This document shows positions 9,364 to 18,438 of a stretch of DNA of 37,754 bases, piece after piece (position 1 is the stretch's first letter; the number at the start of each line of letters is the position of its first letter). Source of the stretch: an uncultured Planctomycetales bacterium (GTDB lineage: Bacteria > Omnitrophota > Gorgyraeia > Gygaellales > Profunditerraquicolaceae); contig CAZAPM010000004.1 of the NCBI GenBank assembly GCA_964487475.1, positions 1 to 37,754 of the forward strand. Reading direction: 5' to 3'. The notes beneath the pieces are model-generated. The model did not search any database. It was not told the origin of the DNA and saw only the letters and a list, made by a program, of their open reading frames with translations. The translations under genes and the position numbers were made by a program.

Positions 9364-11102
9364 GGCAACAGTACTCCTTGAGAGGCAAACAGGTCTGCGA
9401 ACTCCGCGTTCGACCGCAACAGCTCCCGGCCTTCTCCCTCGACCAGGCCCCGGGATCCGAAAAAGAATACCCGCTGCGCCGCCACCACGGTAGAAAGGCG
9501 GTGGGAAACGGTGATCACGGTCATGTGCGGATACTGCGCGGCGATGTTGCGCATAATGGTCTCCTCGCTGTACGCATCCATGGACGCCATGGCTTCATCG
9601 AGCACCAGCACCGAGGGTCGCTTCACCAGGGCCCTGGCCAGGGCCACGCGCTGTTTCTGGCCGTCGGAAAGCTTGCAGGCGTCCTCTCCGATGACGGTAT
9701 CATACCCCTTGGGCAACGCCGCGGCGAATTCCTCCACCAGGCATATCCGGGCCGCTTCCTCGATATCCGCGCCCGGCTGCCCGTATGCGATATTGCGCGC
9801 CAGCGTGTCATTCCACAGGAACGGCTCACGGAAAGATACCGCGACCCGGGACACCAATTCCCTGCGGGAAATTTCCGGCAAGGGGACCCCGCCCAGGGAC
9901 AACGCCCCTTTCCAGGGCTCGTGCAGCTTAAGCAACAGCAACACCAGCGTCGTCTTTCCGCACCCCGATCTTCCGGCAAAAGCCACCCGGCTTCCCGCAG
10001 GGATATCCAGGCACACTCCGGAAAGCACGGGGGTCAGACTGCGGTACCCGAACCAGACATCCTGAACGCGCATCCCCAGGGGCTGCGCGGACGGCAGCCG
10101 GCAGCGCAACGCGGAAACCCGCTCCTCGACCGGGAACTGCTGCCAGATCTGCAAGAGCTGCCGGTACGAAGTCCGCGCATAAAGGAACGATTCGAACGTA
10201 CGGGTGAACTCGAGCTGTATCTCCATGATCTGCCCGAGATACAAGGTGAGCGCGCCCAACGTACCGATGCTCGCCTCCCCCCGCACCACCTGCAGGCCCG
10301 CCCAAAGGGTGAACACTCCGGTGAGCACTCTCACCAGAAAGCTATTGACGAACTCCCCTCCCAGATCGACGCGCGATACCTTGATGCTGGTGCGGATGAA
10401 TGCGATGCGCTTGGCCAGGTACGTCCTGGTCTCGTAGATCTCCGCCGCGAACGCCTTGACCAGCTTGATGTGCAGAAAGAACTCCGCCATGCGGCGGAAC
10501 ACCGTCTCGCAATCCCGGTAAAGGCCGTCCCAGAGCAGCATACGGCGGCGGCGGAAGCGGGAATTGAGCAAGAACAGCACCGGACCGACCAACAACGCTC
10601 CCAACGCAAGCTTCCACTGCAAAAAACAAAGCATGGTCATGATCGCCAAGGCCCGCAGCACCTGCACCCCCATGGCCGTGACCTTCATCCCCAGGAAATC
10701 CGCCACCTGGTCCACGTCATGGTTGATGCGGTAAAGATGCTCCCCCTGGCTCTTGTCGTCGAAATAGGACAACGGCAGGGACGCGAGCCGGGAGAACGTG
10801 CGCCGGGAGATGACAAAACCGAGACGCAATTTCAGAGTGCTCTCGAAATACCCCTTGATCCCCGTCGCGGCTCCGCTGACGATGAACGTCGCGGCCCCGA
10901 TCATGGTATAGACCACGAAAGAGCCGACATTATGGTTGAGGAACGAATGGTCTATCACCAGCTTGGCCAGCAGCGGGTTCAGGAATCCCGACAGCAGGGC
11001 CACAAGGGACGCGCAGGAGATCAGCACGATCTCCTTACCGTACCCGCGCAAGAGCCTTACCATCGCCAACCCCTCTTTATACGCTTGCGGTGGAACAGGC
11101 AC
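9360..11102 (-). CDS. ABC exporter, fused permease + ATPase (no C39 peptidase domain)
   Basis: TM domain then Walker A GRSGCGKTT, signature LSDGQKQR, Walker B VLVLDEA, H-loop VSHRL. Start uncertain (11108/11102/11063). Confidence 0.9.
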   Translation of the reverse strand: MPVPPQAYKEGLAMVRLLRGYGKEIVLISCASLVALLSGFLNPLLAKLVIDHSFLNHNVGSFVVYTMIGAATFIVSGAATGIKGYFESTLKLRLGFVISRRTFSRLASLPLSYFDDKSQGEHLYRINHDVDQVADFLGMKVTAMGVQVLRALAIMTMLCFLQWKLALGALLVGPVLFLLNSRFRRRRMLLWDGLYRDCETVFRRMAEFFLHIKLVKAFAAEIYETRTYLAKRIAFIRTSIKVSRVDLGGEFVNSFLVRVLTGVFTLWAGLQVVRGEASIGTLGALTLYLGQIMEIQLEFTRTFESFLYARTSYRQLLQIWQQFPVEERVSALRCRLPSAQPLGMRVQDVWFGYRSLTPVLSGVCLDIPAGSRVAFAGRSGCGKTTLVLLLLKLHEPWKGALSLGGVPLPEISRRELVSRVAVSFREPFLWNDTLARNIAYGQPGADIEEAARICLVEEFAAALPKGYDTVIGEDACKLSDGQKQRVALARALVKRPSVLVLDEAMASMDAYSEETIMRNIAAQYPHMTVITVSHRLSTVVAAQRVFFFGSRGLVEGEGRELLRSNAEFADLFASQGVLLP

Positions 11103-12144
11103 GCGCACCCTCCTTTGCCGCCATATGGTCAGCCAGCTCGCAGTAATACGGCACGGGAAGCTCCATCTCTCCCGTCTCCAACAGGGCTTTGCCGGGACAG
11201 GATTCGCACCAGGCCCGTTTCCGGCACATACGGCAGGCGGAGCCCTGCGCCGGCCTGCGGGATCTCAACCAGGCCATCGCCTTCCGGTACGCATCCCCGA
11301 CCCCTGTCGACAAGACATCGAACGCGGGAGTGCGCAGGGTCACGCACATCACCAGCCTGCCGTAAGGGTCGATGCGTATCCCCTCCCCCCCTTCGACCGC
11401 ACAGGCAAAGACCTCGGAGTCCTTTTTTATCCGGCAGGTCTCGTCGCTGAACGCGCCGAACCCGAACTTCCGCACCAGGTCCCGGGCCGGCACCCGCAAT
11501 GCGCATGGCGCGGTATCGCCGTTGAGACGGGGAAGCACGATGAAATCAAACGCAACGTGACGTGTCCATGTGCGGAGGAATGCCCGCAGGGAAGCGATCT
11601 CGTGCGCATTATCCCTGGTGACAACCGCCTTAATGCGCAACGGGATACTTCCGCGGACCATCCTTTCGAGCCCCCGCACCGCCTTCCCGAATGACCCGGG
11701 CACTCCGGTGATCCTCTCGTACGTGCGGGGATCCGCCCCGTTGACCGTGACCTCCACGCAGAACGGAGGCCGCTTCTCCATCAATCTGGCCATGGCCGGC
11801 GAAAAGGAATAGGCATTGGTGAACACCGTGATCAGGAACCCCTGTGCTTTCGCATAAGAATATATCTCGGGGAAGTCCTTCCGCATCAAGGGGTCCCCTC
11901 CGGTAAAGCACAGCCAGGGAGCGCCGCATCCCCTGATCTCCCGTATGACCTTCTTGACCGCAGCGGTATCCAGCTCGCGGGCGACATGCTCCGGCGTATT
12001 ATAGCAATCACTGTAGCAGTGGCGGCAATGCAACCCGCAGGAAAAGGTCAGCTCGAACTCGCAAAGGGAAAAACCGCCGTCTCCGGCCTTACGGGAATGC
12101 GCCCTTTTACTGAACGTCTTATATGCAAGCGTTTTCATCGTCAT
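11077..12144 (-). CDS. Radical SAM/SPASM peptide maturase #4
   Basis: ELTFSCGLHCRHCY, FTGGDP, and a 7-Cys SPASM domain (C..IDPYG..C...CRMC-x5-CESC-x18-C). Confidence 0.9.
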   Translation of the reverse strand: MTMKTLAYKTFSKRAHSRKAGDGGFSLCEFELTFSCGLHCRHCYSDCYNTPEHVARELDTAAVKKVIREIRGCGAPWLCFTGGDPLMRKDFPEIYSYAKAQGFLITVFTNAYSFSPAMARLMEKRPPFCVEVTVNGADPRTYERITGVPGSFGKAVRGLERMVRGSIPLRIKAVVTRDNAHEIASLRAFLRTWTRHVAFDFIVLPRLNGDTAPCALRVPARDLVRKFGFGAFSDETCRIKKDSEVFACAVEGGEGIRIDPYGRLVMCVTLRTPAFDVLSTGVGDAYRKAMAWLRSRRPAQGSACRMCRKRAWCESCPGKALLETGEMELPVPYYCELADHMAAKEGARACSTASV

Positions 12145-13552
12145 GAGGGACCAGATATCCCTGCGTTACCAGCGTGCGCACTGCGCGGCACTGCTGCCCG
12201 TTATCCGGGAAGAAATGCAACCGGGCGGGAACACCGGTCGAACGGCAGCACCCGGAGAGCGCCGACCACTCCCTTTCAGAAAACCGCACCCGGCGAGAAA
12301 CTGCGCCTGCGCGCTCCTCTACCTCCCTGGCCCTGTCCCGGCACCGCACGTCGAAGAAACCGGCCCACGCACTGCCCGGCGCCACCTCGGGCGGCAACCC
12401 GGCAGACGCGAACGCTCCCTGGACGCGCATGACCGACCCCGGTCCGCTGCATACCCTTTTTCCGGGATACGGCGATTCCGCGGGGACACGGGACAGATAC
12501 GACAGCGCCCGGCGCAACCCTCCCGGCGCAGCCGATTGCTCGCGACGCACGAACTGTCGGAAAAGATGCGCCTCTGCGGCAGATACGCGCAGCGCACCCC
12601 GCATGGCACGAGCCAGGTCCGAAAGCGAGAAACGCACGCCATGCCTGGTCGGATACGTGCGTACCCGGCCTGCGGGGAATGCCGCGGCCACTGGGGCCAA
12701 ACCGGCGAACTCGGTCACTACGGGCGCCACTCCGCACGCCATGGCTTCCCGCACCGCGATCCCGAAATTCTCGTCCTCGTGCACCGACGGGCAGACACAG
12801 GCGTCGGCCGACCAGAACAACGCCCGCAGGTCCTCCCTCCCCAGGGAAGGATGCACCCTGATCCTGCCCGCGCCCGGAAAATCCCGCGCCTCGCGCGCCA
12901 GCCATTGCGCAAAACCGCCTTGCTGCGCGTCATCACCGGCAATGGTGATCACCCATTCCGCAGGGCCGTACCATTGCGCGCACCGCAGGAACTGCAGCAC
13001 GCCTTTCGAAGGGAGCAGTCTCCCGGCATATACCAGATGCCGCTGGGTGCTGCGCACTCCCCACGCCCTGCGGCCGGCGCTGCGCTCCCGTGCTCCCGGG
13101 ATACGGAAGAACTCCGTATCCACCGGAGGAGGGAACACCTCCATGCGCGGTGCGTCCTTCCCCAGGAACGCGCGCATCCGGTCCCTCTGGAACTGCGTGG
13201 AAACCAGCTCGACCTGCGCCTTCGGCAAACGCCTGGCTGCCAGCAGGTGCTGCGGCAGAAGGTGGGAACCCAAAGAAAGCCTCAGCAGCCTGTGCCGCAC
13301 CCGGCCCCAGCGTTTCCCTCCGAAGAACCGGTTGGTGACGATCAGCACCGCGTTCGGTTCTTTCAACAATCCCTCCAGAAGAGATTGGCCGATCAGGGTT
13401 TCCATGACGGTGACCCGGGCCATCCTCTCCAGACAGGAAAAAAAATACCTCTTATACCGGCGAACCGAAACGCTCTCTCCCTGCCCCGGTCCCGGGCACA
13501 TCCTGCTGCCGGCACTCAAATAATCCTCTCTGAACACATATCCCTGCATCAT
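12119..13552 (-). CDS. Glycosyltransferase family 4
   Basis: YAGRLLPSKG and CPSVHEDENFGIAVREAMACG. Start refined to ATG 13552 (ATGA overlap). Confidence 0.85.
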   Translation of the reverse strand: MMQGYVFREDYLSAGSRMCPGPGQGESVSVRRYKRYFFSCLERMARVTVMETLIGQSLLEGLLKEPNAVLIVTNRFFGGKRWGRVRHRLLRLSLGSHLLPQHLLAARRLPKAQVELVSTQFQRDRMRAFLGKDAPRMEVFPPPVDTEFFRIPGARERSAGRRAWGVRSTQRHLVYAGRLLPSKGVLQFLRCAQWYGPAEWVITIAGDDAQQGGFAQWLAREARDFPGAGRIRVHPSLGREDLRALFWSADACVCPSVHEDENFGIAVREAMACGVAPVVTEFAGLAPVAAAFPAGRVRTYPTRHGVRFSLSDLARAMRGALRVSAAEAHLFRQFVRREQSAAPGGLRRALSYLSRVPAESPYPGKRVCSGPGSVMRVQGAFASAGLPPEVAPGSAWAGFFDVRCRDRAREVEERAGAVSRRVRFSEREWSALSGCCRSTGVPARLHFFPDNGQQCRAVRTLVTQGYLVPHDDENACI

Positions 13553-14505
13553 GATCCCACCCGAGACCTGACAAAACCGACGACCGTACCGCGTTTGGCC
13601 GCCTCCAGGACCGCGCTGGGGACGCGGGAAGAAAAATCCTGCATGAGCTCCGTCACCGCGCGCACCAATTCCCCGTCCCAGAAAGGCCACATCACGTTCT
13701 GCGAAAGCATCTGCCAGGCCCGGGCGGGGGACAACGCGCGCATGCGGTGCGCGCGACGGGCCCGGCGCAGAAAGAACAGACGGCCGACTTTTTCGCTGCG
13801 GCAGAACCTTCCGGGCTCGGAAAGATACTCCCCGAACTCCCCGAACCAGGGAGAAGAATACATGCGGTACCCCGTGTTCCCCCGGATCACGAACACCCTC
13901 TCATCGTTCAATACGGCCGCATCCTTGCGCGCATACCACCACCGGGCCAACGTGCTTTTCCCGCTTCCGGAGCGACCCGAGAACACCAGTCCTCCTGCCC
14001 GCGTATCGGAAACCGCGCTGCCGTGGATCACGAAACCCCGGCGATGGTACGCCAGATACTGCAGCAGGTACACCTCCAGGAAATAATACACCAGTTCGTA
14101 CGGCGCCCAGGTGCACGGCGCTCCCCGCGGCACCACCAGCACCGCGTGCGCCTGCTTCCTTCCCGGATCGTACCGCACCAGGTACTCCCTTCCGACGAGC
14201 CTGCTCTCATAGCAATACCCCTTTCCGCAACGGAACAGGTTCCAGTTCGCCCTGGCCTCATGCGGGACATAGGCGCAGAACAAGCGCTTGCCTTTACGCC
14301 ACGCCGGGACGCGGTGCGCAACCTCCACCCGTACGCGCAGATCGGGCGGGCGGCGGCTGCGGGAACGGAAGGTCCTCAGGCCCCGGCGCTCCACCTGCCC
14401 CTCCCCTTTCCCCGGGCCGGTACGCAGCGGGAAACGGCTCGTAAGCTCCACGAGCACCCCGGCGATCATCAACCTCACCCGCGGTTCTTTCGACATGGCG
14501 CTCAT
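13549..14505 (-). CDS. HPr-kinase-related P-loop protein (ScmC/PadeK-like)
   Basis: IHGSAV....GGLVFSGRSGSGKSTLA...VLNDERV, plus SSPWFGE. Start refined to ATG 14505 (ATGA overlap). Confidence 0.8.
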   Translation of the reverse strand: MSAMSKEPRVRLMIAGVLVELTSRFPLRTGPGKGEGQVERRGLRTFRSRSRRPPDLRVRVEVAHRVPAWRKGKRLFCAYVPHEARANWNLFRCGKGYCYESRLVGREYLVRYDPGRKQAHAVLVVPRGAPCTWAPYELVYYFLEVYLLQYLAYHRRGFVIHGSAVSDTRAGGLVFSGRSGSGKSTLARWWYARKDAAVLNDERVFVIRGNTGYRMYSSPWFGEFGEYLSEPGRFCRSEKVGRLFFLRRARRAHRMRALSPARAWQMLSQNVMWPFWDGELVRAVTELMQDFSSRVPSAVLEAAKRGTVVGFVRSRVGS

Positions 14506-15371
14506 ACCGGAGGAGCGGACGCATACACCAGCCGGTCCACTCCCATCCGCGCAATACGTGACTCGTCGACCGAATCGTTGCGGTAAAAATGGGTATTCCC
14601 CCTCAACAGCAGGGGCAGAGGGAACGACGCATGCTCCAGGGAGAACACGTAACGGGCGCACTGCTGACTGCAGGGCCGGCGTTTCCGCATCGTTGATTGC
14701 GGCCCGTCGCACCCCGCGCTGGGACAGTAGAAGGTCGTGCTGACATAGACGAACGGCACATACAACGATGCCGCGCGCACCCCCTGTCCCAGGCTCACCT
14801 TAACCCCGTGCAACGGATTGTCCAGCTCGATGCGGCGCACCCCCATCCCGGAAAGGCACTTCTGCAGGACGGGGACCGACCCGGCGTTGCTGCCCCGGTA
14901 ATACTCATCCATGGCCGGCGGCAGCTTCACCTGCATGACCAGGACGCGGTCGGAGTGCTCCGGGTCTGCGTGACGCATCATGGCCGCGGGAGCGCGCTTA
15001 AGGACCCGGGCGAGCGTAGGACAGCGTTTCTGTTTGACCAGCAGCCTTCCCAAGACCGGCTCCAGGGAAGGAAAACGCTCATGCAGCAGCCGCAGCACGC
15101 CCCAGTCATTAACCACCACTTCGCAGGCACCGGCCTGCCCGGAGAGCGCACGGCAAAGCTCCTCCACCCGGTCCAACCCCTCATCGGTCACATAGGGAGT
15201 CACCAACGTGAAGCGCATATCCGCATCATGCGTCCGGCGCACCAGCGCCTCCAGCGCAGGCAACGACGGGATCCGCCGCTCGCAGAATTCGCTGCCAAAA
15301 TACACCCGGTCATACCCTTCGGGCAACGGCCGGTCAAGGGCTTCCTGAGAAAGGAAGAGCGCTTTTTCCAT
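14502..15371 (-). CDS. U32-family Fe-S protein, UbiV-like subunit
   Basis: DRVYFGSEFCERR (cf. UbiV D.IYLGE.VC.KR), EVVVNDWG, RRIELD, C-terminal YC...C....C...C. Start 15371 (TGATG overlap). Confidence 0.7.
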   Translation of the reverse strand: MEKALFLSQEALDRPLPEGYDRVYFGSEFCERRIPSLPALEALVRRTHDADMRFTLVTPYVTDEGLDRVEELCRALSGQAGACEVVVNDWGVLRLLHERFPSLEPVLGRLLVKQKRCPTLARVLKRAPAAMMRHADPEHSDRVLVMQVKLPPAMDEYYRGSNAGSVPVLQKCLSGMGVRRIELDNPLHGVKVSLGQGVRAASLYVPFVYVSTTFYCPSAGCDGPQSTMRKRRPCSQQCARYVFSLEHASFPLPLLLRGNTHFYRNDSVDESRIARMGVDRLVYASAPPV

Positions 15372-16399
15372 CAAAACCCCCTCACCTGGGGATAATAACA
15401 ATTGTTGCCCCGGCAGGGACCGGGGTATCCGAACGCTTTCCGGTAGTTATCTTCGACCGCCTGGAAATATCCCTCGCGGGTCAGGTGCGCGTCCTGCAAC
15501 AGAAGGCTCGACTGCTTGATGAACCGGGTATCCAAGAGACGCTTCCCGGCATCCAGCTGCCTGCCCACGATCTTCACGGAAGCCACTCCCGCCCGCGCAA
15601 GGTCGTAGAGCGCACAGGCTCCGCACTCCGTGCCGTCGCTCAAGTGCTTGAACATCGTCGGCCTTACGGCAGATCCCGGCAGGGATCCGCCCGTCACCGC
15701 ATCGTTGACTCCGACCTGGTATTGCAGCGCGCAGGCATCACCGTGAACCTGCAGGTCATAGCTGGCGAAGACGTCCAACCGGCAGGAATCCTTCTGGCGC
15801 CGGGGGGGCATATGCCTGCCGGCATACGCATGCATGAACGTGCAGAAACCGTCGATATGTACGCATAACGTATTGAGCACGAACGCTTCGAACTCTACGG
15901 AGGGGAATGCGTTGATCATCCGGCCCATCCCGCCGATATCGGTCTGCCGGTCGAACACGATCCTGGCTGCGCCCAGATCGGAAAAGAACGCGCAGGCCTG
16001 GGAATTGAACACCGTCCCGCCGGTCGAGACGTGCAGACGCGGCACCTGAGACTGTTCCCGCAGCGTGAGCAGCAGGCCCAGATCCGCGACGATATAGGCA
16101 TCGATGGGCAAACGGCTCAACCGGCGGAGGATACGCGCCAGCAGAGGATACTGCTCCCGCACGTACAATCCGTTGACCGCCAGCGCGACCGGAACGCCTC
16201 TGCGGTGCGCCAGGTCCAATGCCCGGCCCAGCTCCTTGAGGTCGGTAAAATTACTCGCCCCTCCCTTTCTCTCGAACTCCAGACTGGTGTACTCTTTCTC
16301 CCAGGCCGGATCAAGATAGCCGCAATACAGCTCGTCCGCGCCCGCATCGATGAGCGGGACGACCTCCTGCGCGGACTTAAAGGGCACGTTGATCTTCAT
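15371..16399 (-). CDS. U32-family Fe-S protein, UbiU/RlhA/TrhP-like subunit
   Basis: IDAGADELYCG, IVADLG, HVST, LCVHIDGFC, GDAC, CGAC, GVASVKIVGRQ (cf. KIEGR). GAGGA RBS before ATG 16399. Confidence 0.85.
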   Translation of the reverse strand: MKINVPFKSAQEVVPLIDAGADELYCGYLDPAWEKEYTSLEFERKGGASNFTDLKELGRALDLAHRRGVPVALAVNGLYVREQYPLLARILRRLSRLPIDAYIVADLGLLLTLREQSQVPRLHVSTGGTVFNSQACAFFSDLGAARIVFDRQTDIGGMGRMINAFPSVEFEAFVLNTLCVHIDGFCTFMHAYAGRHMPPRRQKDSCRLDVFASYDLQVHGDACALQYQVGVNDAVTGGSLPGSAVRPTMFKHLSDGTECGACALYDLARAGVASVKIVGRQLDAGKRLLDTRFIKQSSLLLQDAHLTREGYFQAVEDNYRKAFGYPGPCRGNNCYYPQVRGF

Positions 16400-16406
16400 C
16401 GGGTCC

Positions 16407-17390
16407 TCAAAACAATGCCGGGAGCTTTTCCCATCCCGGAAGGCGTTTGACCACATGCACCAGGCAGCCGCCCGAACATCCGCCGCTGCGCATATGCGTG
16501 CACGAAAAACACTTGTCCAGCGCTCCCAGCCGTTTCAGATGCGCGGAGCGCCTCAGGAAATACGCATCCAGTTCCTGTTCGTCGCGAAAATCCTTCAAAG
16601 AGAGCCCCGCCGAGGTCTTGGCGGCCATCCCGTAACAGCGGTATACCCGCAGGTCCGGGGAGACTTCCACGGGAGGAAAACAGTTGGTCTCGGGAACGAA
16701 CCCTACGTTCTCCTTCAACAACCGCAGCTGCGGACGGGTGAACGCGCAACGGATGAAGCCGTAATCCGAGAACCAGGTGATGCCCCTGGCCCTGCTCTCC
16801 TTGGAAAAAAGCACCATCCGGCGCACTGCCCGGGCATGGTCTGCGAGAGGGATGAATTCGTTCGCTCCCTCCAGGGAAGGACAGGAGATCGCCCAATTGA
16901 TCGTACGCCTCAAACGGTACCGGTCTATCAGGTCATACAGGAACGCCGGGTCAAAATCCAACCGGGAGATCCGGAAGCTCAGCACCGCCTTTTCCCCCAG
17001 GGATCCCAGCGCAAAGAACAGGCGCTCCCTGTCCGCCGCGGAATACTCCCGGGGATGGCGGATATTCACCAGCACGTCGACAAGGGAATCCCTGCCCGAA
17101 AGGAATTTTGCGGTCGAGGATCCCATCACCCCGTTGGAGAAGAGCGCGATACGGAATCCGTGCGCTTCGACCGTGCGGTAGATCTTCTCGAAACGGGGAT
17201 GCAGTGTCGGTTCTCCTCCGATCATACGGAAGGTGTCCTGCCGGGACGCTTTCAGGAATGCGATGGCGGCGCGCAGATTACGCGCGGAGATCGCCAGCGC
17301 GGAAGGCCGCTTCTTCGCCAGGCGCATCGCATCCTTGGCAAAACAATAGGGACATCTCAGGTTGCAGTAATACGTCAAGGCGAAGTTCAT
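16407..17390 (-). CDS. Radical SAM protein #3 with SPASM/twitch-like domain (divergent from #1/#2/#4)
   Basis: TYYCNLRCPYCF, IGGEPT; C-terminal C-x14-C...CFSC-x7-CSGGC. Start refined to ATG 17390. Confidence 0.88.
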   Translation of the reverse strand: MNFALTYYCNLRCPYCFAKDAMRLAKKRPSALAISARNLRAAIAFLKASRQDTFRMIGGEPTLHPRFEKIYRTVEAHGFRIALFSNGVMGSSTAKFLSGRDSLVDVLVNIRHPREYSAADRERLFFALGSLGEKAVLSFRISRLDFDPAFLYDLIDRYRLRRTINWAISCPSLEGANEFIPLADHARAVRRMVLFSKESRARGITWFSDYGFIRCAFTRPQLRLLKENVGFVPETNCFPPVEVSPDLRVYRCYGMAAKTSAGLSLKDFRDEQELDAYFLRRSAHLKRLGALDKCFSCTHMRSGGCSGGCLVHVVKRLPGWEKLPALF

Positions 17391-17397
17391 CGGCTTC

Positions 17398-18438
17398 CTA
17401 ACGTTCCCCGGAACGGACTGACTCGGCAAATTGCCTGCTGCGCGGGTCGCACGCCGAAAGGTCCCGGGAGAAGAGCCATCCTCTGGCCGGGCACCACGTA
17501 CAATAAGGCCTCAGCCGGCACCCCGCGCAATCCCCTGCGCCATCCCGCTGTATCCTGCGGCGCAATTTCTCTTCCATAGACCTCCACGCGCGCGCAAAAG
17601 AGGTCCCGCCCAGCGCGATGCGCGGATACTCCAAAAGCACACACGGCTTCAGCGCTCCGTCCGGAGTGATGGCGCACTGTGCACGCCCCGCTCCGCAGGG
17701 GAAACGCACCCGCGAAGGGACCGGCTCCTGAGCGCGCACCTTACGGGGGACTTTCCCGGATGCACCCGTCTCGCCGCATCCCGCGGATCCCGTCGCGACC
17801 GCCGCATACGCAAACGGCCCCTCATCCCCGTCCAGCCTCGGCTGCAGCATGTCATCGAAACGGCACTCGGCACCGTGCTCCCTGGCGAAACGGGCGATCT
17901 GCGCACGCTCCCGCGCGTTCTCCCGCAGCACGCAACACTTGAACCCCATCGGCACACGCCGCGTGCGCAACAGAGACACCGCCCGCATCACCCGCGCGAA
18001 CGCACCGCGCGTCCCGGTGATCCGGTCGAACGGCCTCTCGCGCAAAGAGGGGATGGTGATATCCACCCGCTGTACCCCCGCAGCGGCCAGCCTGTCCGCG
18101 CAAGGCGCATCGATCAGCGACGCATTGGTATACACCTGCACCGTAAACCCCCGGCGGCTCGCATACGCCAAAAGAGGGAAAAAACCGGGCCGCAACAGCG
18201 GCTCCCCTCCGGTGAACCCCAGCATCAGCGCGCCGGCATCCGCTAATTCGTCAAGCAGCGCCCTCATCCGGGATAAGGGGACTTCTTTTATGCTGCGGTA
18301 CGAACGCGGCACGTAACAATGGCCGCAGGAAAAATTGCACCGGTACGTCAGCTCGCACATGACCCGCAACGGGATGCGTTTCTCCGCGGCTTCCCGGCGG
18401 CGGGCGGCGAGATACTCCCGCAGCGCTATGGCGCGCAT
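17398..18438 (-). CDS. Radical SAM/SPASM peptide maturase #2
   Basis: ELTYRCNFSCGHCY, FTGGEP; SPASM CGAG..C.ITPDG..PC...CAGC-x5-CTWC. Start refined to ATG 18438. Confidence 0.9.
   Translation of the reverse strand: MRAIALREYLAARRREAAEKRIPLRVMCELTYRCNFSCGHCYVPRSYRSIKEVPLSRMRALLDELADAGALMLGFTGGEPLLRPGFFPLLAYASRRGFTVQVYTNASLIDAPCADRLAAAGVQRVDITIPSLRERPFDRITGTRGAFARVMRAVSLLRTRRVPMGFKCCVLRENARERAQIARFAREHGAECRFDDMLQPRLDGDEGPFAYAAVATGSAGCGETGASGKVPRKVRAQEPVPSRVRFPCGAGRAQCAITPDGALKPCVLLEYPRIALGGTSFARAWRSMEEKLRRRIQRDGAGDCAGCRLRPYCTWCPARGWLFSRDLSACDPRSRQFAESVRSGER

Noticed and set aside
14502..16399. Anaerobic ubiquinone genes ubiUV, or collagenase-type proteases
   Set aside because: No ubiT or other ubi genes nearby, sequences are divergent and coupled within the RiPP operon; gene symbols withheld.
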